Source: an uncultured Acidobacteriota bacterium (GTDB lineage Bacteria > Acidobacteriota > Blastocatellia > RBC074). Taken from it: a stretch of 64,000 bases of DNA. A model generated the notes under the pieces. The model searched no databases, was not told where the DNA came from, and saw only the letters and a program-made list of their open reading frames with translations. Below are positions 33,798 to 45,097 of the stretch, piece by piece. Position 1 is the first letter of the stretch, and each line of letters begins with the position of its first letter. A program made the translations under genes and the position numbers. The stretch lies in contig CAWCKY010000004.1 in assembly GCA_963796275.1 (NCBI GenBank), positions 608,001 to 672,000 on the forward strand. The letters are read 5' to 3'.

Positions 33798-34019
33798 TCA
33801 GGCTCTTTTATCGCTCTCCATTGCCCTGATCAGACTTTTCGGCCTCATGTCAGTCCAGTGTTCGTTGATGTAATCGAGACAGGCCTGACGTTTGTCCGGC
33901 GGATGGGCGACGGTCCAGCCCGCTGGCACGTCTATGAACTCAGGCCATAATGAATATTGCCCCTCGTCGTTAATCAAAACAACGTAAATGCCGTTTTCGT
34001 CCTCAAATGGATTGGTCAT
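33798..34019 (-). CDS. mbtH: MbtH-like protein
   Basis: NPFED...[10 protein letters not shown]...PAGW...[17 protein letters not shown]. Confidence 0.97.
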   Translation of the reverse strand: MTNPFEDENGIYVVLINDEGQYSLWPEFIDVPAGWTVAHPPDKRQACLDYINEHWTDMRPKSLIRAMESDKRA

Positions 34020-34156
34020 CTTTTCGGTTTTATCTCCTCATAAAATTAGATGGGAATCAGGATTGTTCAGTTTTTGTTAAACGAACTGAAATCCTGAATG
34101 ATCCTGTAATTCCCATCTAAACTACAAAGACTTGCCGGAAATATCAAGAGAAGCGA

Positions 34157-35245
34157 TCACCATCCGACTTCGATGTCGTATCGATCTGAACCGCCATCCC
34201 GGTCTTCAACCAGAATCGCCGCCGTATATCCATTATCTCGCGAGGGCTGTTGGATTACAGTCACGTTTCCACGCCCATTGAGTTTGCGCACTACCACATT
34301 CCGCCGGTCGGATGGCAAGGGCTGAAGGAAACGAAAATTGTCCTCGCGCACCGGTTGGCCTGCCTGATGTTCAACCCTGAGGTTGCCCCCGTTGATGAAA
34401 AGGATGTCGCGCCCATCGACCCGTCCGGACCATCGCAGGTTAGCGCGCACCTGTAATCCCGAATTGAAGTCCTGACCGGGACCGCGGCCGAAATCGCGAT
34501 TCCTCGGCTCATTCCAGATGAGTGTGAAGGTGTAAGTGCCTCCGCCACCCTTGTCATCACGGATGCGAACGGCAGCGGTGTGGTCGTTATCGCGATTAGG
34601 CTGTTCGACCAGTGTCAGTTCGCCCCGCCCTTCAGTGCCCACCAGGCTCACGCTGACGGACCGCGGCGGCAGAGGTGAGCTGAATCGATATCTATCGCGC
34701 GAGACTCCCTGGCCGTTGAGATTTTCATACCTGACCTGATTCCCACGGAATCGGACGATCGTTTCACCATCTACTCTTCCGCTCCAACTCACTTCCTCAG
34801 AGCGCTCATCGGAAGTTCCCTCTCTATCGCGCCGCGTGACGTCATACCAACGTAAGACGAAACCGTACGGAGATTTTCCCCCCTTGGTGTCATCTATGCG
34901 CACAACGGCCGTGTAATTGTTCTCCGGGCGCGGCTGCTGAATGAGGTTCACGCGACCACGACCCTCAACCTCAGCCAATACGAGCTGAATCGGTACGCTC
35001 GGAAGAGGATCAGTGAAATCGAATTGCTGGTTTTGAACGGGCAGTCCCGACTGGCTCTGGGATTGTACTTGCCGCCCTCTGATCCTGATGAAACTCGTAC
35101 CATCTACCTCACCTGCCCAGCGAAAACTTGCGACGCCGTTGTCGGATCGTTGAATTACGTCCCATCGCGCAAAGATCGAGGTACCGATAAGTGAAAGCAA
35201 CAACAGTGAAATAGGCACTCTTAGCAGGGATTTATTGAGTCGCAT
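34157..35245 (-). CDS. Secreted hypothetical protein with three tandem ~95-aa repeats
   Basis: Signal peptide; three copies of W.G.VDG...PLP...GRG.V...QP...N.YTA.V...D..GG...Y. Confidence 0.8.
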   Translation of the reverse strand: MRLNKSLLRVPISLLLLSLIGTSIFARWDVIQRSDNGVASFRWAGEVDGTSFIRIRGRQVQSQSQSGLPVQNQQFDFTDPLPSVPIQLVLAEVEGRGRVNLIQQPRPENNYTAVVRIDDTKGGKSPYGFVLRWYDVTRRDREGTSDERSEEVSWSGRVDGETIVRFRGNQVRYENLNGQGVSRDRYRFSSPLPPRSVSVSLVGTEGRGELTLVEQPNRDNDHTAAVRIRDDKGGGGTYTFTLIWNEPRNRDFGRGPGQDFNSGLQVRANLRWSGRVDGRDILFINGGNLRVEHQAGQPVREDNFRFLQPLPSDRRNVVVRKLNGRGNVTVIQQPSRDNGYTAAILVEDRDGGSDRYDIEVGW

Positions 35246-35437
35246 AAATTATCTCCATAATTTTTTGGATTGTGTCGACAGGGGGTACGTTCAGTCATCT
35301 CTCATTCGACATCCGGCTCTCATTCGACATCGGGTTAGCGAGAAATGCGGGGTAAGCATCTGTTCGCGCGCCGCCGTAGCTGCCATTATCTACGATAAGG
35401 CTGGCAAAATATATCCATACTTTTTTCAATACTTTTT

Positions 35438-36379
35438 TCAACCGAATTCGGGTCCGAGTATCCCGAACTGTTGGGCCGGCAGACCGGGATAAGGATTGTC
35501 CCTATAATACATTCGGACGAAAGGGCGTTGCTCACGAAACCCGATGGATGCAAGCCATCCGCGCCAGTCCGGTTCGTAATTCGAGGCATCAAGTATGAAC
35601 CTCTGACCGTCCCGCTGGCGTACACAAGCCGACACCAGTCGCCTCGCTGTCTGTTGATCGCGCGCCACAACAGGTCCCAGATGTTCGAAATTGACGCCGT
35701 GTCGCCCGAAGATGAACCCGGCGATTTGCCCAGCTTGCCCCGCTTGCCCCGCTTGCCCTAGTTGCCCCGCTTGCCCCGGTTGTTCGATAACCCAGGCATA
35801 TTCCGGCGCGCCATCGAACATCCATTCCAGCATCACGCGGCGCTCGGCGCCGAACACCTGTCGATCGAAAAATTCGATAGCCGGTAAATCTTCTCTCGTC
35901 ATCGGGCGGGCTAGATTGTCAGGTTGCATCAAGCCGCCGGCGGGCGCCGACTTCTCCACTCTCTCCATCCGGCTGAGGCTATATTCGTCAACGAAATCGA
36001 GTTTCCGATAAACCTCGCATCCTGCCGGAGTGGCATCGAGCCGGATAGAGGGGATGCCACTCAGCACATCGAGCGCCATCGACATGAGGCACGTACCGAC
36101 GCCCCGGCCGCGCTCCACCGGATCGACGAGTACCATGCCGATCCAACTGAACCGATCTTCGTAACTCACCGTAGTCACCGTGCCGATCACCAACCCATCT
36201 TTCACGGCGACCAGGCAGCCATCCGGGCTGAGTTTCAGAAACATCTCCCAGTCGCGTCTCGTCTGATTCCAGCGAGCGATGCGGCACAAGCGCAAACCCG
36301 CTTCGATGTCTGGCGGCTGCATCGGACGAACAACGATCTCGGTTGTCGGTGGAATTTTGGCGAGTATCTTGCTACCCAT
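35438..36379 (-). CDS. GNAT-family N-acetyltransferase (two-domain, YitH-like)
   Basis: WIGMVLVDP..RGRGVG, RLDATPAG..VYRKLDF; GQA tandem insert. Confidence 0.88.
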   Translation of the reverse strand: MGSKILAKIPPTTEIVVRPMQPPDIEAGLRLCRIARWNQTRRDWEMFLKLSPDGCLVAVKDGLVIGTVTTVSYEDRFSWIGMVLVDPVERGRGVGTCLMSMALDVLSGIPSIRLDATPAGCEVYRKLDFVDEYSLSRMERVEKSAPAGGLMQPDNLARPMTREDLPAIEFFDRQVFGAERRVMLEWMFDGAPEYAWVIEQPGQAGQLGQAGQAGQAGQIAGFIFGRHGVNFEHLGPVVARDQQTARRLVSACVRQRDGQRFILDASNYEPDWRGWLASIGFREQRPFVRMYYRDNPYPGLPAQQFGILGPEFG

Positions 36380-36391
36380 CTCATGGCCTTA

Positions 36392-38050
36392 TCAATTTCT
36401 GATGACGTCGATGTAGTACAGGTCAGTGGCAACCTCAAATTCTTCTTTCTTCAATTCTATTTTCAAAGTCTTCCATTCCGTCGCCGGCTGGATAAGGCGC
36501 CAGTCCGGTTTCCGACCGACCTTCACCGGCATAGCGAACTCCTTGACCCCGGCTTTCCAGCGATAGGAAACGCTGCCGCCGTTCTCATCAAATCGCAATT
36601 CGAGCGCCGGAAGCGCGTCGTGACGCAAGTATTGATCAAAGATCGGAGTAAGATGCAAGCCTGTCCTCTCGTTGAAAAACTTCACCACATCTTCGGTCAT
36701 GATATTGCGGTATTTGAATCGGCTACCGTAATCGCGCAGCAACTTCCACCAGCGCGCGTCATTATCGATCACCGAGCGTAGCGTATTCAGGAACAGCGCG
36801 CCTTTGAAATATTGATCCTGTGACGGTGTTCGATTGACTCCACGAGCGGTAATGATCGGTTGCCGGTTTCTGACCTTCGCTTTATAGCCGTTGACATACT
36901 TGAGCGCGTCTTCCCGTCCGAAAATCGCTTCGACATAGACGCATTCAGCGTATGTCGCCCACCCCTCGTGAATCCACTGATCGGAGACGTCGCTGGCGGT
37001 GATGCTGTTGCCGAACCATTCGTGCGCGCTCTCATGAACGATGATGAAGTCGAATTTCAGACTGACGCCGACGCCCGTCCAATCTCGTTCGAGATAGCCG
37101 TTGGCAGAAGCGGTTCCCATAAGTGACCGCGCTTTGATGCTCCATCCCTGAGTACGGTACTTCGATCAGTTTGTATCCGTCCCTTTTGAACGGGTACTCG
37201 CCGAAATACTTGTGAAACGCCTCCATCATCGGCTTCGCTTGCGCAAATTGCCGCCTGGCCTTCTCCAGATTTTCGGGCAGACAATAGAAATCCATGGCGA
37301 GATCGCCCAGCCGGTCGCTGAAGTGTTCATAGCTGCCGATATTGAGCGAAACGCAATAATTATTGATGGGGTAGTTGATCGGCCCAGTCATAGCGCGTAT
37401 AGCCGTCGCCGAGGTCGATTTTCCTTTCCAGTCGCCCGTTGGAAACATCGGTAAGCTCGCTGGGGACGGCGACTCGCAATCGCATGTTCTCGACTTCGTC
37501 GCGCTGCTGATCTTTGTTGGGCCACCAGATGCTGGCGCCTATTCCCTCGCACGCGGTCGTGATCCAGTGCCGGCCGGCGGGATCCTTTTGGAAGCTGATG
37601 CCGCCGAACCGCCCGGTCTCCTGCGGATAACCGGAGTAATAAAAATCGATGGCCTGGACGGAACCTCTCTTGAGCGTCGCAGGGAAGTCAACGAAGACCG
37701 TGCCCAGCTCGCGCGCGTATTTCAGCTCGGTCGAACCGAGCAGGATTTTGTCGACATTGAGATTGGCAAATAGATCGAGCTGGATCCGCGTGTCATCCTT
37801 CAGCATCTTGAAACGGATCGTATTCTTTCCAGCTGATGAACTTCTTCTCCGGATCGACGCGAATACTCAGATCGTAGGAGAGCAGGTCGTTATTGGCCCG
37901 CCACGGACCATACTCGCCTCGCAGGATATCGGCCCGCGAAGGATCCGCTGGTGCCGGAGCTGATTGCTGCGGCGGCGCCTGTGCCGGCGCCCGGAAGACA
38001 AGGACCAGCAGGAATAGACAAACAAGTTGGGTAAAGAGATATAGTCGCAT
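36392..38050 (-). CDS. M1-family zinc aminopeptidase (three frameshifts near 37830, 37380, 37110)
   Basis: Four overlapping ORFs give signal peptide, GASIWWPNKD, GMEHQS, HESAHEWFGN and WIHEG. Confidence 0.85.
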
Positions 38051-38074
38051 CGAGTAATCTTACCCTAGAACTCC

Positions 38075-41000
38075 CTAGAAATTGATTTTGAGCGCCAGTT
38101 GCACAAACCGGGGAAGGTTTGTTTGCGACCGAGCTCCCTCTCCCATCCTTCCGAAATTGCCCGAGGCCGGGCTGGTCTCGGGCCCGTTGAAGAACTGGGG
38201 CGTATTGAAGGCGTTGATGAATTCCGCGCGGAACTGCGCCGACACGCGCTCGGTGATGGCGAATCTCTTGTGCACGGAAAGGTCGAAGTTCCGGATCGGC
38301 GGATTCCTCAGACTGCCATAACGGATCGAGACTGCCCGGAAGGCCAAGGGGTCCAGAGTGCGGAACGAGCCGGGCGTGTACCACTGATCGATCGTCCGAT
38401 TTGCCGGGATCGGATCTACGCCGGCGATCGGCTCCGCGTTAGCCGGGAAAGTAGTCGGCATGCCGCTCTGCAATCTCACCAGCCCATTCACAGTCCAGCC
38501 GCCCAGTATCCCGTTGACCAACCCGCTACTTGAAGAAAGGTACTTCCGTTTGCGTCCGAAGGGGAGTTCATAGCCGCCGTTGATGCCGATGTTGTGCGGC
38601 ACGTCGTTCTCCGCGATCAACTTGTCGATCTGGACATCCTGCGCGTTCTGGATATTGACCCATTCCAACAGCTTCGACCACGTGTATGAGAAGGTGAAGG
38701 TCGCGCCCGCCGAGAAGCGTTTTTGCAGCGAAGACTGCCAGGCCCAGTATTCGGCATAGCCGCCGCTGATGCCCTGAACAAAGATGCTGCCGAACTGCGG
38801 GAAGGGACGAAGCAGTTGCTGGCGTTGTACCTTATCACCATTGAATTGTGTTCCCGGGGCGAGCCCCGCAAATGGATTGTCCACCAGCTCAGTCAGGTAA
38901 GCAGGACCCCGAGCCAGATCCGCGGCGGAGATTCTCGTTAATTGCCACACCCAGCGGGAGCGCGCGCGAACTGCTGCCAACCGCGCCCGTCGAAAAGAGC
39001 ATATCCCAAGGCAACTGGCGTTGAATTTCGAAGGAATATTGCCAGACGTAGGGTATGCGACGCTGGGGATTGAAGACGGTGAGAGATGGTATTCCTATGG
39101 TGTTGGTACGATCGCGAAAGGCTGGTATCAGCCCGTCGGGAAATGGGTCCCGAATATCCACGTCTGGAATACCGCGTTCCTGAGTGCCCGACGTGAACGA
39201 GGTCTGCTGCGAGAACCCGGTCGCGCCCGGCTCATCCCATACTTGCGCGTAGAAGATACCCACGCCGCCGCGCATAACCGTGCGGTCATTCAACAGAAAA
39301 GCAACTCCGAGGCGCGGCATGATGTTGTTCGCATCTGGATCGAAAGCGCCGCGCGGCTCTCCGCCTACCCCCGCATAGACGATGTTGCCCTTGAACCCGG
39401 GAACCTCGATTGGTAAAGGCGCGTTCGGATCGAACCCGCGGTTGAGGTTGTCGAAGCGATCCGACATCCCCGTGATGTATTCATACCTTAAGCCGACATT
39501 CAATTTCAGCCGCTTCGTCAATCGCCAGTCGTCCTGTAGAAACCCCCCGTAGCTGACCTGCTGTCGCGCTGGAAATGCGCGAATCTCCATATTACCGTTC
39601 TGCGGATAGCCCAGCAGGAATGAGGCGATGGCATTGCCGGAACCACGCGATGGTGCGGCGAAGGGGTCTTGTTGCGTGAACTGCGAGGTGAACATGAAAG
39701 CGCCGTTCGCGTTGCCGGGATTTCGCTCGTTAACGCGATTGATTCGGGTTTCGAAACCAGCCTTGAGGGAGTGGGCGCCCAGCAGTTTAGAGACCGTCGC
39801 GACCAAATGATAGGCCGTCGAGGCCGGTGACACGCGGAACGCGTTGGACCCGAGCCCTTCGTAATCCTGAAAGCGGAAGACCGGAAAATGATTCAGAGCC
39901 TGGCTGATAAAGCGCGGTGAAAAGTTCAAACTGGACAGGTCGAAATCAGCGCCCTGCGCGTTTCCCTGAGGCGACGTGAAGCGAGCGACGCCGAACCTGA
40001 CATCGGCCACGGTCGTCGTATTGAGCGTGTGGGTGACGGCGGATACTCCGTTGTAGTTCTGTCGCGTGAATGGCAGATTGCTGCCGGGTTCGGCCTCGTT
40101 GCCATAGCGGTATCCGCGAAACTCGTCCAGCCGGTTGAATGCGATGCGGCCGAATATCTTGGTGGCTTCGGAAAGATTGTAATCCAACCGCCCGGTATGC
40201 GAATTGAAATTGCCGATGAACCGCGGGATGTCCCTGCCGTTGGTGTAGTTATTCAGCCCCAGCGGATTTCCCGGCGCATTCGGCGCGGGCAGAAAAGCTA
40301 ACGCAGCGCGCGCCACCGGGTTGATTCGGTTTTCAGGTATCTTGTTATCGGGGAACGCGTCGCGGATGAACTGTCCGGGACGGGCCGGATCGGGCCGTGT
40401 CGTCAGTGGATCGTAGATCAACTGCAAATCACTGGTTTTTGAGAAATCGCCGGCCCGCTGCTCCGGCGTGGGAATAGACGTGGTGAACACATCGGGTATG
40501 CTCTGGCGGATCCCCTCGTATGCATATGAGAAAAAGAGTTTGTCCTTGAAAACCGGACCATTGAAAATACCCCCGAAGGTATTAATGTTCGACCGCTGGC
40601 GCGCGATATTCGAGCGGTTCGAATTGAAATCGTTGGCATTGAACAGGGTGTTTTGCATGAATTCGAAAACACCTCCGTGCCATTGGTTGGAACCCGCACG
40701 CGTGACCGACGTGATCACACCTCCGGTAGTGAAGCCGTATTGGCTGTCGAATGGAGTAGTCACAACCTTGAACTCAGAGACGGAATCGATCGAAGGTACG
40801 AATGAGACCTGACCGGCCTGGTAGGTAGCGGTGACGCCGTCCACCTGCACGTCATTCAGTCCGCGCCGTCCGCCGTTGATCTGTATGGAGGAGCTGCCCG
40901 AGATATCGAAGGGGCGCAGACGCGTCACGGAGGCGGCGATCTGGACGCCGGGCACCGACCAGGCGATGGCGAACATATTCCTGCCTTGCAGCGGCGTGTT

Positions 41001-41435
41001 ATGCACCCGGGTGGAATCGACGACTATGCCGCGTACGGCTGTCTCGGTTTGCAGTTGCGCAATATCCTCACGTACCGTCACCGATTCGCTGAGCTCTCCC
41101 GCCTCAATCGACAGATTGAGAGTCGACTGATCGGCGACCTGTAGAGTGACGCCTGTACGCGACAGTTTGCGAAAACCCGTCTTCTCGACAGTGATCAGGT
41201 ATTCACCGGGCTCCAGATTGCGGAGTGCGTATTCACCCCCGGCGCCTGACTCGGTTTGGTAGATTGCATTCGTCGCGATATGTCGAGCTGTGATGGCGGC
41301 TCCGGGCACAAAGGCCCCGCCGGCGTCGGTCACCTGGCCAGAGATGGTGGCTCGAAAATCCTGCGCCCTCGCTTGAACTCCGAGAGCGATGACCATCAGG
41401 AAAATTACAGAGAAACGAGAAGATTTAAGAAACAT
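38075..41435 (-). CDS. TonB-dependent receptor with carboxypeptidase-regulatory-like domain (frameshift near 38935)
   Basis: AQDFRATISGQV, FDSQYG, QDDWR...LNVGLRYEY, C-terminal RFVQLALKINF across two ORFs. Confidence 0.9.
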
Positions 41436-41740
41436 AGAAGCCTCAGAAGATGCAACGCCCTCGACTGAACTTCTACTACTTAATTTTCAACTTACCTGTG
41501 AGAGGCGTTAGCCGAGAGTGATAGTTTATCGAATTGCAAAATGCCGACGTTGGTGGTCAAGCATCCGCTTCCCGTCTGTCCGAGGCTCAAATCCTATAGT
41601 GCAACCCTCTCTCGATTCAAGGGTCGCGGGAATTCGCACCATAAAATAAAAAAGGACAATGAACGCAATGACGAGCCGATAGGATTACCGGTTTCTTCTC
41701 TTTGAGTTCTGTCCTTTTGTAAATTTGGGTGGCGAATCTA

Positions 41741-42547
41741 TCAGCGATTCTTGGTAACCGTAACCGGCGCGCTGAGCCTGAAAGTCAGCAGCGTCTCGTC
41801 CGGAATCACCGCCGGATCACCTCTCGTCGCCAGTGTCGCGGCCGTTCCCGCTCCGCCGCCCACACCTGCGCCGATAGCGGCTCCTTTACCGCCACCGGCA
41901 ATCGCCCCGATTACCGCGCCGGCCCCGGCGCCGATCCCGATCTTCTTGGCATCTTTCTTTTTGCTGGTAGGGGCGAGCTTGCTGTAGGGGCTCGTTGAAA
42001 TTTCTATCCTTCTACCGTCGGCCAGGGTCAGGCTTTTCAGCGCCACATCAATCGACGCCACACCTTTTACGCGGCCGCCGGGATCAGAGCTTGTGACCAC
42101 CCCTTCGACCGGTGCTCCCTGTTTCGCAATCACCCAATCACCGTCGACAATCGCCTTACTCAAGCTTCCGGAAAAAGTATCTCCCGTCTTGTTCGTCTTC
42201 GTCGAGATCGGCGTAGCCGTGTAAACGGAGATTACGCGGCCGGAAGAGAGCGTGAAAGTGCGCGGTGGCGCGGGCGTAGGCGTGGGCATAGGCGTTGCGA
42301 CCGCCTCCGTTCTCGCAGTCCCGGCTGCCGGTGCCGACGGAGTGGCTATCGCCGCCGCTGCCGTCGCTTCCGGCGTTGGCGATGCTACTTGTGCAACCGA
42401 CGGTGTCTGCGTAGCAACGGTTGTGGGGGGAGTGGGCGCTGACGATGTTTCAGTCGAGCTGGACCTGCAGGCCAACTGTGCGAAACCACTGGCTGCGAGT
42501 AACAGCCCAAGCAATGCATAACTGATTCTTTTCATAATAGCCTCCAT
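41741..42547 (-). CDS. Secreted Pro/Thr-rich protein with TrbI-like domain and glycine zipper
   Basis: Signal peptide, PT-rich linker, GAGAGAVIGAIAGGGKGAAIGAGVGG. Confidence 0.75.
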   Translation of the reverse strand: MEAIMKRISYALLGLLLAASGFAQLACRSSSTETSSAPTPPTTVATQTPSVAQVASPTPEATAAAAIATPSAPAAGTARTEAVATPMPTPTPAPPRTFTLSSGRVISVYTATPISTKTNKTGDTFSGSLSKAIVDGDWVIAKQGAPVEGVVTSSDPGGRVKGVASIDVALKSLTLADGRRIEISTSPYSKLAPTSKKKDAKKIGIGAGAGAVIGAIAGGGKGAAIGAGVGGGAGTAATLATRGDPAVIPDETLLTFRLSAPVTVTKNR

Positions 42548-42554
42548 TCATAAT

Positions 42555-43094
42555 TCATTTCTTAACCGGAGGTGGGAATTTCTCGAACATCTTGGTCAGA
42601 GCTTTGTCGATCGTTTTTTCGTTCTTTTCCGGCTTGTCGCTGACCGTCCCGCTTGCAGTAGCGCGCCAGATGTATTTTTTATCCTTTACGTCACCTATAT
42701 CGACGATCAGTTGACCGACCGGAATCTTATCGACATAGGTGGTCGACGAGCCCATTCCTCCTCCCCAGCGCCAGCCGGGACCATACATCCCCGTGTCGAT
42801 GGTATTCAGCTGGGTTTCGGTATCCACCGCAGCGTGGTACATAACGACCAGGTCCGGGTTGCTCTTCGGATCGACCTTCTGCAAGCCCTTGGATGACAAT
42901 TGTGATTCGATGCCCTGAACTATCCGTTGATCCATGATCGGATTTTTAGCATGCGTATTGTTTCCCCAGGCATATGTCTTGAAGTTTTGAAAACTGGTGC
43001 CTTTGTCCCAATCCACGTTTACCTTCTGCGCCGAAGCAACGATGGCTAGCATAAACAGAATAGACAGACTGGATACGATTCGTGTCACTCTCAT
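42555..43094 (-). CDS. DUF4136 family periplasmic protein
   Basis: QKVNVDWDK...FKTYAW, GQLIVDI.D.....IWRATA, KMFEKFPP. Confidence 0.8.
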   Translation of the reverse strand: MRVTRIVSSLSILFMLAIVASAQKVNVDWDKGTSFQNFKTYAWGNNTHAKNPIMDQRIVQGIESQLSSKGLQKVDPKSNPDLVVMYHAAVDTETQLNTIDTGMYGPGWRWGGGMGSSTTYVDKIPVGQLIVDIGDVKDKKYIWRATASGTVSDKPEKNEKTIDKALTKMFEKFPPPVKK

Positions 43095-43159
43095 TACTAC
43101 CTCCTATTGTTAATGCGATTCACTTGCAGTCATCACCAAGCAGGAGCGCGTGTCTGCTC

Positions 43160-43912
43160 CTACCTGTTTCGCAAAGTGAAAACAAGCGTTATTCCGATGG
43201 CGTTCACGTGATTCGGTGTTGAGCGGCTGTCGTTCTGACGCGCGTAATATATGTCCAGGTCGATACTCTTTCTGAGCGGCAATACAACGCCACCCTCGAA
43301 GCGGGTGCGGTTGAATGTATCGTAACGAAAGTCATAATAGGCCTCAGCCGACCCATATGCCGTGAATTTGATATATTTGATAGCGAAGTCACGCTCGAGT
43401 TGGAGCCGGTTGCGGTAGCGCGCTGAAAAACTGCCATTTACCCATCGCAACTCCTGACGGTTGCGGTCGCTCAGCAGGATCTTCCAGGGGATCGTCACAC
43501 GGAACGTCTGTTCAAAGATGATGCGTTGCTCTTGGTAGGGTTCATCGTCATCTAGAGAAAACCCGTATCGATAACCGGACCTTATGACCAGATGCTTATT
43601 AACGAGATAGTCGGCGTTCGCACCGACCTGGGCTTCCCGGTCGATATCCGTCTCTCTTTCCCGGGCGACGTTCGCCAGAAAAAAAAGCCGCCACTTCAGG
43701 TTTAATGTGACATACAGATCGACCTCCGGCCACAATTCATCCTGCGTCTCCGGCGCATCCTGCGCAATTGCGTTCCCATTGAGACAGGCCAGTAGGAGCA
43801 GACACAGGATGAACCGCGGATTTGCACGGTTGCAGCGTAATAACACAGATCGAAATCGGTGGGTATCTGTCGCATCCGTGCAAATCCGCGGTTCATTTGT
43901 CCCAATCTCCAT
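43160..43912 (-). CDS. DUF2490 family outer-membrane beta-barrel protein (start uncertain, possibly GTG at 43846)
   Basis: EQRIIFE, DRNRQELRW...RYRNRLQLE pattern. Confidence 0.75.
   Translation of the reverse strand: MEIGTNEPRICTDATDTHRFRSVLLRCNRANPRFILCLLLLACLNGNAIAQDAPETQDELWPEVDLYVTLNLKWRLFFLANVARERETDIDREAQVGANADYLVNKHLVIRSGYRYGFSLDDDEPYQEQRIIFEQTFRVTIPWKILLSDRNRQELRWVNGSFSARYRNRLQLERDFAIKYIKFTAYGSAEAYYDFRYDTFNRTRFEGGVVLPLRKSIDLDIYYARQNDSRSTPNHVNAIGITLVFTLRNR
43809..43896. repeat. 21-bp perfect inverted repeat (REP/MITE-like hairpin) overlapping the DUF2490 5' end
   Basis: ATGAACCGCGGATTTGCACGG / CCGTGCAAATCCGCGGTTCAT. Confidence 0.8.
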
Positions 43913-43936
43913 ATGGCTCGATATGGAATAACTTCT

Positions 43937-45097
43937 TCAATGAGCTCGCAATACAGGCAAGGTCCGCCGGACGCGAGCCGAAGCAGTCCTCGCCGCCATC
44001 TCCTCCATGGTCGAGAAAAGAGCTTTGTAGACCTGGCAGTACGGATCCTTCACAAAAAAATCCCCCGTGATCGAATAGGTCCTCACCGGACACCCGCCGT
44101 GACAGATCGACAGGTAATCACACGCGGAACAGTCCTCGTGTTGCATCAGTACTTCGGGCCGGGCCTGAAAACGCTGCCGCACCTTGCTCTTCTGTATCAG
44201 GTCGGTGAAGGTGACATCATCGAAGATGTTTCCGAACCAGTAGTCCGGATAGCTCGTCACCCAGCAATCGCACTGCGCCACATAGCCTCTCGCATCGATG
44301 CTGACAAACTCATCGGTGCAGTTCTGACGCCATATGCAGGGGAGGCACGCCCCTTCTCCGCGAAAGTGATTCATCAATTGATCGAGCGGCCCGAGCTTGA
44401 TACCTTTCTCGTAGCCGCGCTCGACCCAGACCATCGTCAGGTCGGCGAAGAACCGGCTCAGCCCGGCCATATCGAGGATGCTCTCCTTTTTGGCATCGTT
44501 GATCTCTCCTCCCGAAAAAGACGTGTTGACCTGAAAGTCCGTGATGCCCAGATCATCAACGAAATAGGAGTAGAACCGCTCGGCCCCTGCTTCGAGCGTC
44601 CCCTTATTGGGGATCGAGATGACACCCACACTTATACCCGCCTCTCTAGCCTCTCGGACATTGCGAGCCCAAATTTCCGTATAATGCTCAGGCGGCCGAT
44701 TCCTCGCTCTCCGGTACAGATTGGGGAAATCCATCGAGGTTCCCACGCTGTTGCCGAACATTCCGGTGATGATACTGTTCCACCCTTTGTGGTACCCGAT
44801 CATGTTCGATTGAAGGCTATGCTCGATCCGCTTGCCGCGCGCGTCAGCGGCTTTGCGGATCTGCTCGTAAGCGCGCTCAAACCAGGCGGGAGGGAGGATC
44901 ATGATCTCTCCACCCTGCCAGTAGATGGTCATAGAGGCGATTGCCTTTCGTTCCATATGGTCGAGCAGCTTATCGATGACGACTGCCAGATTCTCGTGCG
45001 ACATGAAGTCGTCGGTCTTGTCCTCGAAACAGTACTCGCACGCGACATTGCATTTATTGGTGGGGAGCAATATGAGCGAAAAATGATTGCCGATCAT
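43937..45097 (-). CDS. Radical SAM/SPASM enzyme, probable peptide maturase (cyclophane-synthase-like)
   Basis: CNVACEYC (CxxxCxxC), WQGGE, SPASM cysteines CIWRQNC...CDC...CSACDYLSICHGGC...DPYC. Confidence 0.9.
   Translation of the reverse strand: MIGNHFSLILLPTNKCNVACEYCFEDKTDDFMSHENLAVVIDKLLDHMERKAIASMTIYWQGGEIMILPPAWFERAYEQIRKAADARGKRIEHSLQSNMIGYHKGWNSIITGMFGNSVGTSMDFPNLYRRARNRPPEHYTEIWARNVREAREAGISVGVISIPNKGTLEAGAERFYSYFVDDLGITDFQVNTSFSGGEINDAKKESILDMAGLSRFFADLTMVWVERGYEKGIKLGPLDQLMNHFRGEGACLPCIWRQNCTDEFVSIDARGYVAQCDCWVTSYPDYWFGNIFDDVTFTDLIQKSKVRQRFQARPEVLMQHEDCSACDYLSICHGGCPVRTYSITGDFFVKDPYCQVYKALFSTMEEMAARTASARVRRTLPVLRAH

Noticed and set aside
36392-38050. Programmed frameshifting or phase variation in the M1 peptidase
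   Set aside because: Three separate breaks without long homopolymers or slippery-site context; sequencing error is simpler
43937-45097. Anaerobic sulfatase maturase (anSME) call for the rSAM
   Set aside because: Disfavoured, not excluded: an FGE is already in the sulfatase operon, and the rSAM is coupled to the partner and W-x-N peptide genes
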